Assembly: GCA_026026165.1 (NCBI GenBank)
Contig: JAPEUD010000013.1
Span: 248,001-312,000, forward strand
From: Sarea resinae
Taxonomy: Eukaryota
Length of the DNA: 64,000 nt
Direction: 5' to 3'
The notes beneath the pieces are model-generated. The model did not search any database. It was given only the letters and a program-made list of their open reading frames with translations, and was not told the origin of the DNA. Positions 52,239-63,062 of the stretch are shown here, piece by piece; position 1 is the stretch's first letter, and each line of letters opens with the position of its first letter. A program made the translations under genes and the position numbers.

Positions 52239-54023
52239 TCAAACCCTCCCCTCCCCCTCTCCCTGCCCCTCCCCCTCTCCCTGCCCGCCCCCTTCTTGGT
52301 CCCAATACCCTTCCCAATTAAAGCGCAACACTTCATCGCCCCAAGACCACCAGCCTGCGACTAGATGGCGGGCGAAGAGCTCGAGGACGCGTGGTGGGGA
52401 CGATGCAGAGGAGCGTGGGGAGCGTGGGGCCGGGTTCTGCGTGGGGCTGGGCCGCTGCGAGCGGGTGGGCAGGAGGTGGGTTTTTATGAGGTCTGGAGCA
52501 TGTGGGTTAGTTTGTTGGTGAGGTCGGTGGGTGAGGAGGGTAGTTAGTAGGTGGGTGGTAAGGTAGGCGTTGAGGGAGATGATGAGAGCCGGGTAAGATA
52601 GTGGAAAGGGGACAGAGAAACTAAACTAACCTCTCAGACACGGTTTCCGGGAATGGAAATCGGGCACCGCGACGAGGATTCTTCTCTTCACCTGCACGGG
52701 CACTTTGGCGTCTTGCTTTGGGGTCTTTGTGTCCCTTTCATCGTGGTCCTCATCCTCCTCTTCGTCTTCATCATCGTCATCATCCTCGCCACCAGCCACG
52801 ACGGCCTTCACTCTCCTTCCAATCAGAAGCACCTCATACGGCTTCCTCCACAGCCCGTCCAGGTCCGTGATCGGAGCCCCGCCGGCCGTCACTTTCGCCC
52901 ACACCCACTCTTCCACGAGCGTGGCTCCAAGCCCGTCGAAGACGCCTTCCGGGCCCAGGATCAGTGCGCGCGCGGCCGCCGAGTTGGTCGTCCAGATTGC
53001 CACGTGCCCGGCTGGAGCGAGGAGCGGGCCGAGGTCGAGGCCGGCCAGGATGGAGCGCAGGTCGGGCGTGCTGCGCGGGTGCGTGGAGTAGGTTGCGCGA
53101 CGGCGGGCGGACGCGTTTGGGTACGGCGGGTCGAGGAGCAGGAGGTCGAATTGGTGCTGATGATGAAGAAGGGCGAGGGAGGTGGGGAGGGTCTTCTTGA
53201 AGCGGTGGTGGGATGAGAGGAGGAACGTCGCTCCTGGGGGGACTGTGAAGTTGTGGGTTTTACTGGAGGGGCAGGGCACGGGCGTTGGTAGCTCGGCGGC
53301 TGAAATGGGGAGAGTGACTGCGTGTGAGGCCGAGTTGTGGATGCTGCTGTAGGGCGTGTAGGGACTCTCGCTGAGGGAGTCCGGTATGAGGTGTTCGAGG
53401 GCGGCGGGCCATTGTGTATGCCAGAGAGATTGGAGGGTGAGTGATTGGATTCCTTGTAGCAGCGAAGTTATTGGCGGTGCTGCTGTTGTTGTTTCTTCTA
53501 CATCATCTTCGACACGATCTTCCTTTGCTCCTCCTTCAAGACCTTCATTCAACCTTTTTCTTTTCCTACTGATATTCTCCTTCTGGCCGCCATGGTCGCC
53601 CCGTCTATCCCGCTGTAGCGCATCCGGTGCTGGTGTCCGCGGCAGACACCAAGGCCCGTGGTGGTGACGACGGATCTCCTCGAGAGCTGCGAGGATCAAG
53701 TCCCGGTATTCGGCATGCAGCCGAGCATCTACGATGTTGTTCTCTATCTTTGCGCGCGCGGCCACAGACTTGGGCTCGTTGTGCACGATATACGGCTCCT
53801 GGGGTGCGGGGGACGAGAGCAGGGTGTCGCGACAGGGGCGGTCGGGCGTGCCCTGGGCGGCTTGGATGGAGGCGGGGATGTCGAGGAGGATTGTTGTTGC
53901 GGTGGGGTTTTGATAGAGGATTGGTAATGGCGGCGGCCTGCATGGAGGGAAGGCGGGCTGGGGTTCGGGGTCCATGATTGGGGGTGGAGGGCGCTCTCTT
54001 GCTCCTCTGCTCCTTTGCCGCAT
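52239..54023 (-). CDS. MT-A70-family adenine methyltransferase (METTL4-like), 2 exons
   Basis: FDLLLLDPPYPNAS, VAIWTTN, EEWVWAKVT..G.P....RKPYEVLLIGR, VAVPDFHSRKPCL|..VLELFARHLVAGWWSWGDEV; start at 54023 or 53975. Confidence 0.9.
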
Positions 54024-54742
54024 CCATCTCCGCCCCGCTTCCGCTTCCGCTTCCGCTTCCCCACACTCAATGGGCCGAGACCAGACCCGCCGGGGCCGAG
54101 TCCGGGTGGAAGGTGGAGGGTGGAGGAAGACGATGAGGTTGAGAAAAGTTTACTCTTTGTAGATGTTTCTTCCTTGATTCCTTGAGAGAGAGAGATTCAT
54201 ATCATCATCATTCATATTGACCGTGTTCTTCGTACGTGCCCGTCGAGGGCGATTGCGGTCATTGTCTTCGTTCGGTGCATCTCTCATCTCTCGAGCCTCG
54301 GTAAATGTGACGTCTTCGCCTACCTCGATCGCAGATTTACGCTGTACAGGTTCCCGATCCAGATCCGCCATCATCATCACCATCATCACCATCACCACCA
54401 CCATCATCACCATCCTTAGCATCTGCGGCTGAAAGCTGAGACCTGAACATCTCCACTCCGTCGACATATATAGTACATACAGCGTACATACAACGTACAT
54501 ACTCCACGCCCTGTACAATCGTGTACCATTTGTCTCCCACCTGGCCGCCAGCTCCACCGAGACTTCAACCCCACACGCGACACCACACAGATCCGAAACG
54601 CCATGCTATCTGCTCCCTTCCACCACAACTGAGATCTGGAGCATTATCATCTTGGCCATCACCATTCGAGATCATCATCCTCAACGCTGCACCCCCGCCG
54701 TGTCTCCTTCGTGGGACAACCGTCCCCTCTCTAGCTGTGGGA

Positions 54743-56025
54743 ATGCCCACAAGCCTCTTCCGCCATGCCCCTACCACTTCACAGCAAGAACAATCACGAC
54801 CGATGACGACCGCACCACTTCTCAGCTCGCAGAGGAGCGAGCCGGCATTATGCCCCACCGACGACGAGGCCATCCCTCCGAAAGTCGTTGCCAAGGACGA
54901 GCCGGCACTATGTCCTACAGACGATGAAGCCATCGCCCCCAAAAAGACGGAGAAGCAGAGTTTGGACTATATACTTCGGACTGGGCTCGCCGGTGGAATG
55001 GCCGGATGCGCCGTACGTCTGACTGATTTTATCTCTCTTTGCATCCATTTCCAGCAGCTAACATATTCACGCCCCTTCAGGCCAAAACCGTCGTCGGCCC
55101 TCTCGATCGCGTCAAGATCCTTTTCCAAGCCTCCAATCCACAATTCGCAAAATACACGGGCTCCTGGACCGGAGTCATCACCGCCCTCAACGACATCTAC
55201 CATCAAGATGGCATGTTGGGGCTCTTCCGCGGCCACTCCGCGACGCTCCTCCGCATCTTCCCCTATGCCGCGATCAAGTTCCTCGCATACGAGCAGATCC
55301 GCGCCGTCATCATCAAAGACCGCTACCACGAGACGCCGTTCCGGCGATTAATCTCGGGCTCACTGGCGGGCATAACGTCCGTCTTCTTCACGTACCCACT
55401 CGAGGTCGTCCGCGTGCGTCTGGCGTTCGAGACCCGCCGCGACTCCCGCTCCTCCCTAAAATCCATCTGCAAGCAAATCTTCCACGAAAAGCCCTCGATC
55501 CCCTCTCCGCCCTCGGCTGCCACCACCTCGGCAGCTACCGCGTCCGTGTCGACGGGCCTCCACCGCGCCACTCCCCGCTCGGGCCTCGCCAACTTCTACC
55601 GCGGCTTCAGCCCCACGCTCGTCGGCATGCTGCCCTACGCGGGCATGTCGTTCCTCATGCACGACACGGCGGGCGACTGGCTGCGCCACCCGCTCGTCGC
55701 CGAGTACACCACCCTGCCCGATGCCCACCACATCTACCACCCGCCGCTGAAATACTGGGCCGAGCTGCTCGCGGGCGGGTTCGCCGGCCTGGTCTCGCAG
55801 ACGGCGTCGTACCCGCTCGAGGTCATCCGGCGGCGCATGCAAGTCGGCGGCGCGGTCGGCGACGGCCATCGCCTCAGCATGGGCGAGACCGCGGCCCGCA
55901 TCTGGGCCGAGCGCGGCTTCAAGGGCTTCTGGGTCGGTTTGGGCATCGGCTACGCCAAGGTCATCCCAATGGTCGCTACGAGCTTCTTCGTCTACGAGCG
56001 CGGTAAGCTGTGGTTGGGGCTGTGA
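54743..56025 (+). CDS. LEU5: Mitochondrial coenzyme A carrier (SLC25A16/A42-like), 2 exons
   Basis: SLDYILRTGLAGGMAGCA|AKTVVGPLDRVKILFQASNP, RGHSATLLRIFPYAAIKF, TYPLEVVRVR, SYPLEVIRRRMQ: three PX[DE]XX[KR] repeats; start at 54743 or 54803. Confidence 0.93.
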
Positions 56026-56685
56026 TGTTGATCCTTGGCTTCATGTGGTTGTGACGTCGAGGAAGGAGGTAGCACGGGAATGAGAAGAAGAGGTGGCCTT
56101 TCCTTCGGTCAGCCCTCCTTGGATGGACGAATGCATGCACAGATGGATGGATACATTGCGCTTTTCGAAAGACTATCTCTTCTCTCCTATCCACTTCCCT
56201 TCACTTCAGTAAGAAACCATGCTCGGAAAATATATCTCTGGGTCGGCATTTTCAACGGCGTTTCTTGCTTTTCCTGGTCTCTCGTTAGTTTTTTGCCACG
56301 CTTTCTGTTTCGCATCAATTTTTTTCGGGGCGGTTGGGGGGGGGGGAGGGGTTATGAGAGGGGGGGGAGAAGGATCCTATAACGTACGTCGGGTGTGTCC
56401 GACGATGACGTACATGGGCACACGGGCAGATAGGTCACGTCGTAGGTAGAGTCAGGCAAGATCAGATCGGCTAGGATGAGGTTGAGACTGAGGATGAGGC
56501 TGCAGCATATAACGCCAGCGCGGGATGGGGCGGGGTGGTCAATAGATAGATCTATAAGTGATGAATGAATACCTAAGATATCTATCTACCTTACCTTGCC
56601 TTACCTTACCATACCTACCGTATTCCTCCCTCCTCCTCGTCCTCCTCCTCCTCCTCCTCCGACGAGAGTCTCGTGCATCAATCGA

Positions 56686-57900
56686 TCAAGGAAGTGGCGG
56701 TCCAGAGGCAGAGGGAGATGGAGGTGGCGGAAGTAACAGCCCCCGCAAGCGCTCGTCGGCAGATACGAGGGATGCCATCTCGTTCGCCCAATCCACTTTG
56801 AATTGTGCTTTTCCGGGCCCAGGCCCAGGCCCATGCTTGTCGTCGCTGGCTCCGTCGGTGGCGCTGAGATCATCACCTTCACCCTCGCCACAATCAGAAT
56901 CGCTCGCAAGTACGGCCGCCCTCAATAAAACCACCGTGTCCATGAGCGCTTTCTTAGTCTCGTCCAAGCCGGCCTCGTGCCCCGTCTTTTTCTTCCTCCC
57001 CACTCCCTTTTCCGGCCCCTCGTCCTCTTGCTCCTCGAAAATCCTAAGCCAGCACCCCGTGACGCCGACCAAGATCTCCGCCCGATGGCCCGCGACGCGC
57101 GGCCAGGCGTTCCGCACGAGCGCCTGCAGGGCCGTCGCGGCCGCCAGGAGCAGCGGCGGGTACGCGGAACCAAAGGGCGCATCGAGGACGTCCCGGGCCA
57201 GGAGCGTGACGAGGTCGTGCAGGTGCCTGACGGAATAGACGGCCAGCTCGTCGAGGAGCGGGACGAGCTGGGTGAGGAGGACTTCGGCGACGCGGACGTG
57301 GTCGCCGCCGTGCGCGTAGCCGCGCAGGAAGCCGTCGCGGAGCACGGCGTCGAGGAAGAGAGCTTTTTCGCCTCTTTGGGCCGCGCTGGCGAAGCGGGCG
57401 CGGGACAGCGAGATTAGGGCCGGGTAGGCGGCCGCGAGTAATGGGAGTGAGTCTGCTTCCGGGGTGAGCGGTGGTAGGTAGGCGAGGCATGGCATTAGGG
57501 CTGCTTGGAGGAGGTCGCCGAGACCGGTGCGGGCGAGGAAGGCGGGCGGGGTAGAGCGGAGGAGGAGCGAGAGGAGGTTGCAGCCTGTGGTTTTGTGGGC
57601 TGGGGAGGGGTCATCGATGAGCGTCAGCAGCGGCGGCATGATGAGTGGCCAGTGAGTTTCAACAATGGCCGGTTCGGCGTTCTGAAGTACCCATTTGAAG
57701 ATCTGGAGGGCGTAGGCGGCGTCCTTGCGCTTCCACGGCTCGTCAGCAGCCTCGCCGAAGTCGTGTTTTCGGTGGAGGGATTGGATTGACTGGACGGCCT
57801 TGCGGCCGTGAGGCGTCAGTCCAGGGTGACCGTTTGACTTTGCAAAGAGAGGTCGGATGGTGTGGGCCAGGAAGTGTGCGATTAGGCTATTGGTCAGCTC
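56686..57900 (-). other. TTI2: Tti2 (TTT complex subunit, DUF2454)-like helical-repeat domain, C-terminal part of the CCA1 ORF
   Basis: TIRPLFAK..T..GRK, PWK, HWPLIMPPLLTLIDD..K..GC.LL, RTGL..L..CLAYLPPLTP...SLPLL..AYPAL, NAWPR: motifs I recognise from fungal Tti2. Confidence 0.75.
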
Positions 57901-59930
57901 ACCTTTGCCTGCGCTGCCGCTTCGGAGCTCGTCGAGCGCTTCGTCTGCGCTGGAGGCGTGCGGGTGACGGAGCTGCCAGGCCATGACGACATCGAGGGCG
58001 TCTTTCATCCACGGACCCGGCTTGATTTCGAGGGCTTCGGCGATTTGCTTACCGCTGAGGATGGGCTTGAGGGAGTAGGCGGAGAGAAGGTCTTCGGTCT
58101 CTAAGTGGGAGAGGAAGATTGAGAAGCCTTTGAGAACGTCTATAAGTTGAGAAAAGGTTAGTTCTCACATAGGACTTTGATCAGGATGTAATTAAAGGGT
58201 TGTACCCTGTCTTGACTCCTGGCGATCTATCAATTCTCGAAGGAGTGCTAGGAGAGCATGAGATCTCCAGTTAGGACCCCATCTTCGGATTGCCATCCCA
58301 AGAGTATCTCGAGCGGTAGCGCTGTCATCCTTTCCGCGTCGGGACGGAGCTTTCGCCTTTGCCTCTACTACTCCATCCTTGAGGTTTTTGATCTCCTCAG
58401 CATTCCTGAAGGCGCCAACGACGACATCGAACACCTTATTATTCGCTTTGATGCCTTCTTTCGCGACGCTGGCAGCCACGGGTGGTGGGATTTTGGACCC
58501 ACTTCGTGGTGGATCCGGCGTGTCGATCCAGGGTGTGAGAGCAGTTAGTATCCAGGCGAGATAGTCGTCCTCTTTATTTCGAATCAGAGTCGATGATATG
58601 TTCGTTTCAAAAGTACCAGACGGTGTTGAATCTTCAGCGCCAGCGCCAAGGAGGTCTTGAGCACAATCATATGCAATAGCCCAAGCTTGCGTAGATGGTG
58701 TAGGCAAGTCGTCTTTGGTCGGGTCGGTGAAGATGGTATCGTACAGGTTCAGCCGGTCGATGAGCTCCAGAGCCATTTTTGGATCGGGGCCTAGATTGCA
58801 AGCGTTCAGTGACTCGAGCATTTGTTTGGCAAGATTCATGAAATACCTCTAAGCATCTTTTCGACTTCTATTCCCACTCGCTCGCGGCTAATCTTCAATC
58901 TCAAGGCGTCCTTGATACCCTGATCACCCATGCAGACTTCAGCTTCTTTATCAATCTGGAAGTCTAGCCTGCTGGCGAAGCGGATCAATCTCAAGACTCG
59001 CAAGGGGTCGTCTTTGAAAGTTTGATAAGGAGCAAGGGGGGTTCGAATGATTCTCTTCTGCATATCTTCAAGACCCCGGCCAGTATAGTCCTCGACAAGG
59101 CCTGTATGGATGTTGTAGAACAGGGCATTGACGGTTGCATCGCGTCGCAAAGCATCTTCCTCTGGAGTACCAAATTCCATTTGCGGGTTACGACTGTCTT
59201 CGGAGTAGGTTTCTTTCCGGAGGTTGACGAGGTCGATGTCAAGATCCAAGATTCTCGTCGTCACAGTCTCCAAATGTTTGCTCTTCTCCGGATTTGCTTC
59301 GATCTTGTGCAGGCCACCAACGAGCTTCTTCTTGACGGACGAATCCGGATCGGTTCCTTGGTCATTTGCGGCGCTGTCTCCTAGTTCATATTTCTCAAGC
59401 ACGCCGGGGAGTTCGAGATATTCTTTCATCCGGAGGCCGAACTGGTAGCCTGTCATCTTATTGATGGCCACATCGATATCGTGGCTCTCCAGACCCATAA
59501 GCTTGTCTCTGACCCATCCTCCAGAGAAACGAAGCTGCATCTTTGCGTCGACCAGGTCCTTGGGGACCGTCTGCTCCGTGCCTGATGGCGCTGGCGTCTG
59601 ATCAATGTGCTCTGCCACATCGCATAGGAGTTGGCGGAGGCTGCTCTCGACTGGGTTGAGGTTGATGGACAGATCGAATGGGGGCTGAGTGTCGGGGACT
59701 TCTTGGATCATCATCTTGGAAGAGATTGCAAACTCTCGCGAGTCCAGTCTCCGTCTCTTTGAGCGGCCTTGTTCTTCGAAGTCAATGGGCTGGCGCTGTG
59801 CCATCAATCGTCGCACTATCAGCGGGGAGAGGTATCGTCTTTGCTCGTGTAGGCACACGGCAGGAATTGGGATGATCCGGCGGCAGTTGACTACGTAGAC
59901 GCAACAATTATACCAGCGTGTTAGACGCAT
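56686..59930 (-). CDS. CCA1: CCA-adding tRNA nucleotidyltransferase fused in frame to a C-terminal Tti2-like domain (exons 59930/59804-58847, 58790-58206, 58139-56686)
   Basis: RFSGGWVRDKL..SHDIDVAI, NPEKSKHLET, DLVNLRKETY, FGTPEEDALRRDATVNA, DDPLRVLRLIRFASR, KISRERVG, tail KPGPWMKDALDVVMAWQL; exon 3 stays open for about 400 more codons. Confidence 0.92.
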
Positions 59931-60290
59931 CCACCCGATTACAAGCCGTCGTGAGAGGGAAATGCATTGACGTGCCACATGATCACAGCCCACGCATTTC
60001 CATGAGAGGTAGTTTGAATGTCGGATGCTCTGAGAACAAGGCGTCTGATCAGCGTCTTATGATGAAGACGAAAGTCGAGGGAAGTGGAGTGTGGTGGTGA
60101 TGAAGAAGGTCGCGGTGTCTGTCAACGATGATGATATTCGCAATGTTCACCAAATTGGCCAGCTCGCCTACGTACTGTAGTAGTAAGTTGGGTAGATCTC
60201 GACGACCGGACCACCGAGTGATCCGTGCATCATCGTCCGGGGATGCCATCACATCACATCCCAATGCTTCCCTTTCGAGGTCCATCCACG

Positions 60291-60326
60291 ATGGATCATG
60301 ATGGATCATGATGGATCATGATGGAT
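60291..60326. repeat. 10-bp tandem repeat (ATGGATCATG)x3.6 in the CCA1/ARB1 divergent intergenic region
   Basis: Directly visible. Confidence 0.9.
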
Positions 60327-60833
60327 TGCCTCGTCGTTTGCTGCAGGCTCGTTGCATACGCACAAGAGCAAAAGGGCAAATGGCGCGGTATGAGACGTGT
60401 CGATGTAACATGCATCACCAGCTGGAGATCAATGGATGATGTTTCCCTTTTCCTCCCGCACCTGTCAAATGAAGCAAAGAATGCCTCATTGCCACTTGGC
60501 CTCATCTTCTGCTTCAAGGTTGTGGGTTTGGGCAGTGGCGATGCATCACATTCATTCCTTCAAAGTGCATCAAATGAGTCAAATGAGTCAAATGAAGCTC
60601 GCCCCAGAAGTGGAAGCTCCCAGCTTGCCTTGCTAAATTCAATTCACTGCTATCGTTTCGACCAATTCACCATCACTGTTCATTTATAGATTCGTCCATT
60701 GTCTCTTACCGCCTGCTTGTTCTTCTTGTCTGAGGGGCAATCAACATCGAAAAGCACATGGTCACGTCTCAGTTCCATTAGTCCTCTCATTTACAGTCTC
60801 CGAAGTCTTCCTGCGTTCCTACTTACTTTCATC

Positions 60834-62553
60834 ATGGCCTCAAACCCTCAATCTGCCAACACTGAGCCAGATGCTCGCATCACGACACCCGAAGTCGACC
60901 AGCTCGAAAGCCACATGGCCAAGCATGACATTTCCAACGGTGCAGAAGATCAGCCCAAAGATGATGCTGTCCAAGGAAGTCCCAATAGCCTCACGGAAGC
61001 TGGCGTCGAAGTAAGAACGGAGACCGTGCTTCCCAAGAAGAAGAAAAAGAAGAGCAAGAGTAAGAAAGGAGCGGTGAGTTTTCTTGACTTCCCCGTCCTA
61101 GCGTTATCTAAAACGTCAACACCAGTCCAAGCCGACCGGGTTCGAGGAGTACTACGTGGACGCGCCATTAACCCCGGCTGAGTTCGAAGAGGAGAGGAAT
61201 ATCTATGATCCGTATGTTCCTCTCACAGCCACGAGCCTTGGCCACATGCTGACTGCTTCTGTAGCTCAAGGAGCTTTTGCGAGTACGGTCGAGACCCATG
61301 TCCATACCGTAGCTGCTAAACTTCATCTAGGCGCATCGAGGCGTGTATCCAACGCTACAAAGCGAAACGCAACTTTGACTCGGAGCGGAAGAATATGTTC
61401 GACAAGTACATGACCCTCGGAGGCATCAACACCGAACCCAAAATGTTCACTGGTGGCCTGGCCGACGCAGACCTTGAAGAGAAAGACGCCCGAGACATTG
61501 CCGGAATGACGGCTACTACTCACGTCGGCGAAGACAAGCAGGATACCTCTGTATGGGCGGTCGACTTTGAGGCCGTGGTCAAAGGGTTCTTGTCAGTCAT
61601 CCTAGGCACGGTTCTCCTTGTACGAAACTAATCAAGACAGCTCCTCACGTGTCCCCGTCTTGTGGGATCTGACAACGGAGAAACAAATAGCAGCGTGCAC
61701 GTCCATCGTCCGAAACTTCCTGAATTACATACTCCATCACGACGTCTGTCCCGAATACAACGACCAGATACACGCATCCCGCACGATCTGCGACCTCGCC
61801 GAGAAGGAGCTCTTCGCCATCAAAAATGTCTCCTCGGCTTTTCCAGGCGACTTCAACACAGCGTGCTCCACCCTATACGGCGGCTTCTACCATGCTATGT
61901 ACACGGCCGACAAAGTCTGGGCCATGGACATGGCCAGCAACCTTGGTCTCAGCCAAGAAAAGGCCAAGCAGACGGTCATGGCTGCTCTCGCTGCTCGGGG
62001 CACGGACGCGCAGATTGAAAAAGCCATGAAGGGCACGTCGGCCTTCCACGTCTCCAAGAGCGAGTGTGTCGGTTTCGAAGTGCTGGAGATCACGCCCGCC
62101 GACTCGGAGACAAAGGACTTTTACGCCAGCCAACCCTACGGCGCCCTGCAGCCCATTGGCACGCTGAAGGCGCGCCGCTGGTACAATCCCGACGCCGCGG
62201 CCGAGGACGTCACCGGCGACGACGAAGCCGACGCGCGCTGTCCGTGGGCCAGGGACGCCGAGTGGGTGTTCTGGGTCGAGGACCATGTGCTCGAGCACTG
62301 CTTCGTGGGCATGAAGGCCGAGGCCGTCGTCACCCAGCTCGATTGCGGCGTCGTCTTCTTCGATGCCGTCATCTCTGTCTTCTGCTCCTTTTTCACCGTG
62401 CTGGATAATGAGCTTCTGATTGGCTGGAAGGATCATGTGCCTTTGGAGCCGAGGAGACGTCGTGGCGGCGGTGATGACGATGGTGGGGACGAGGGAAATG
62501 CGGAGACGGAGAATGGGACTGGTGATGGTGAGGGTGCGCACGAGCTTGACTGA
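60834..62553 (+). CDS. ARB1: Argonaute-binding protein Arb1 (ARC complex), 5 exons including an 18-nt micro-exon
   Basis: KKKKKKSKSKK..KPTGFEEYYVDAPLTPAEF.EE..IYDP, RIEACIQRY, FDKYM..GG, WAVDFEAVVKGFLS, RNFLNYILHHDVCPEY, LPGDFN-like FPGDFNTACS; micro-exon 61265-61282. Confidence 0.88.
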
Positions 62554-63062
62554 GTGGCCGGTCGTATCTCAAGCAGTCGGTCGAGGGTCACAGCCAGTCA
62601 TCAGTTGGCGCCAGCGCCCTTGCAATGGGATCAAGGAGTCAGTCGGTCAGTCATTCAAGTGAAAAGATATCGCCAGGGCGGCAATCGGAAGGGAACAAGC
62701 GGAAGTGACTAGATGGATGGCCTTTGTGTTTTATTCTTATTATCCCTTCATATCAGTTATTGTCTTTCAAAATGGGTCATGCGAAGGGGGCACCCTCCCA
62801 CTCATTGGTTTACTCGCTCGCTCACTCATGTGATTTGGCCATTGTCATTGTGATTGTGACTGTACTCTGTAGGGGTGTGTGTAGATGCAACTGTAACCGT
62901 AACTGTAATTGTGATTGCGATTGCAAGTGTTAATGTATTTGAGATTGTGATTGTGACTGTGACTTGATTCAATACAGAAATCTTTTCTCCGCTTTTCACA
63001 CCATCCCCATTTCTCCCTCCTCTCCTCCCTTCTTCACAACAAACCAAACCTTTCCTCCAATT

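Noticed and set aside
56686..58008. Treating ORF 58008-56686 as an independent TTI2 gene
   Set aside because: Its first about 35 residues (MKDALDVVMAWQLRHP..) are the conserved CCA1 tail, and the frame is open upstream to the splice acceptor at 58140; no intergenic space exists
60291..60326. Short tandem repeats as a CRISPR-like array or telomeric repeat
   Set aside because: Head-to-tail units without spacers, eukaryotic context, and no TTAGGG arrays
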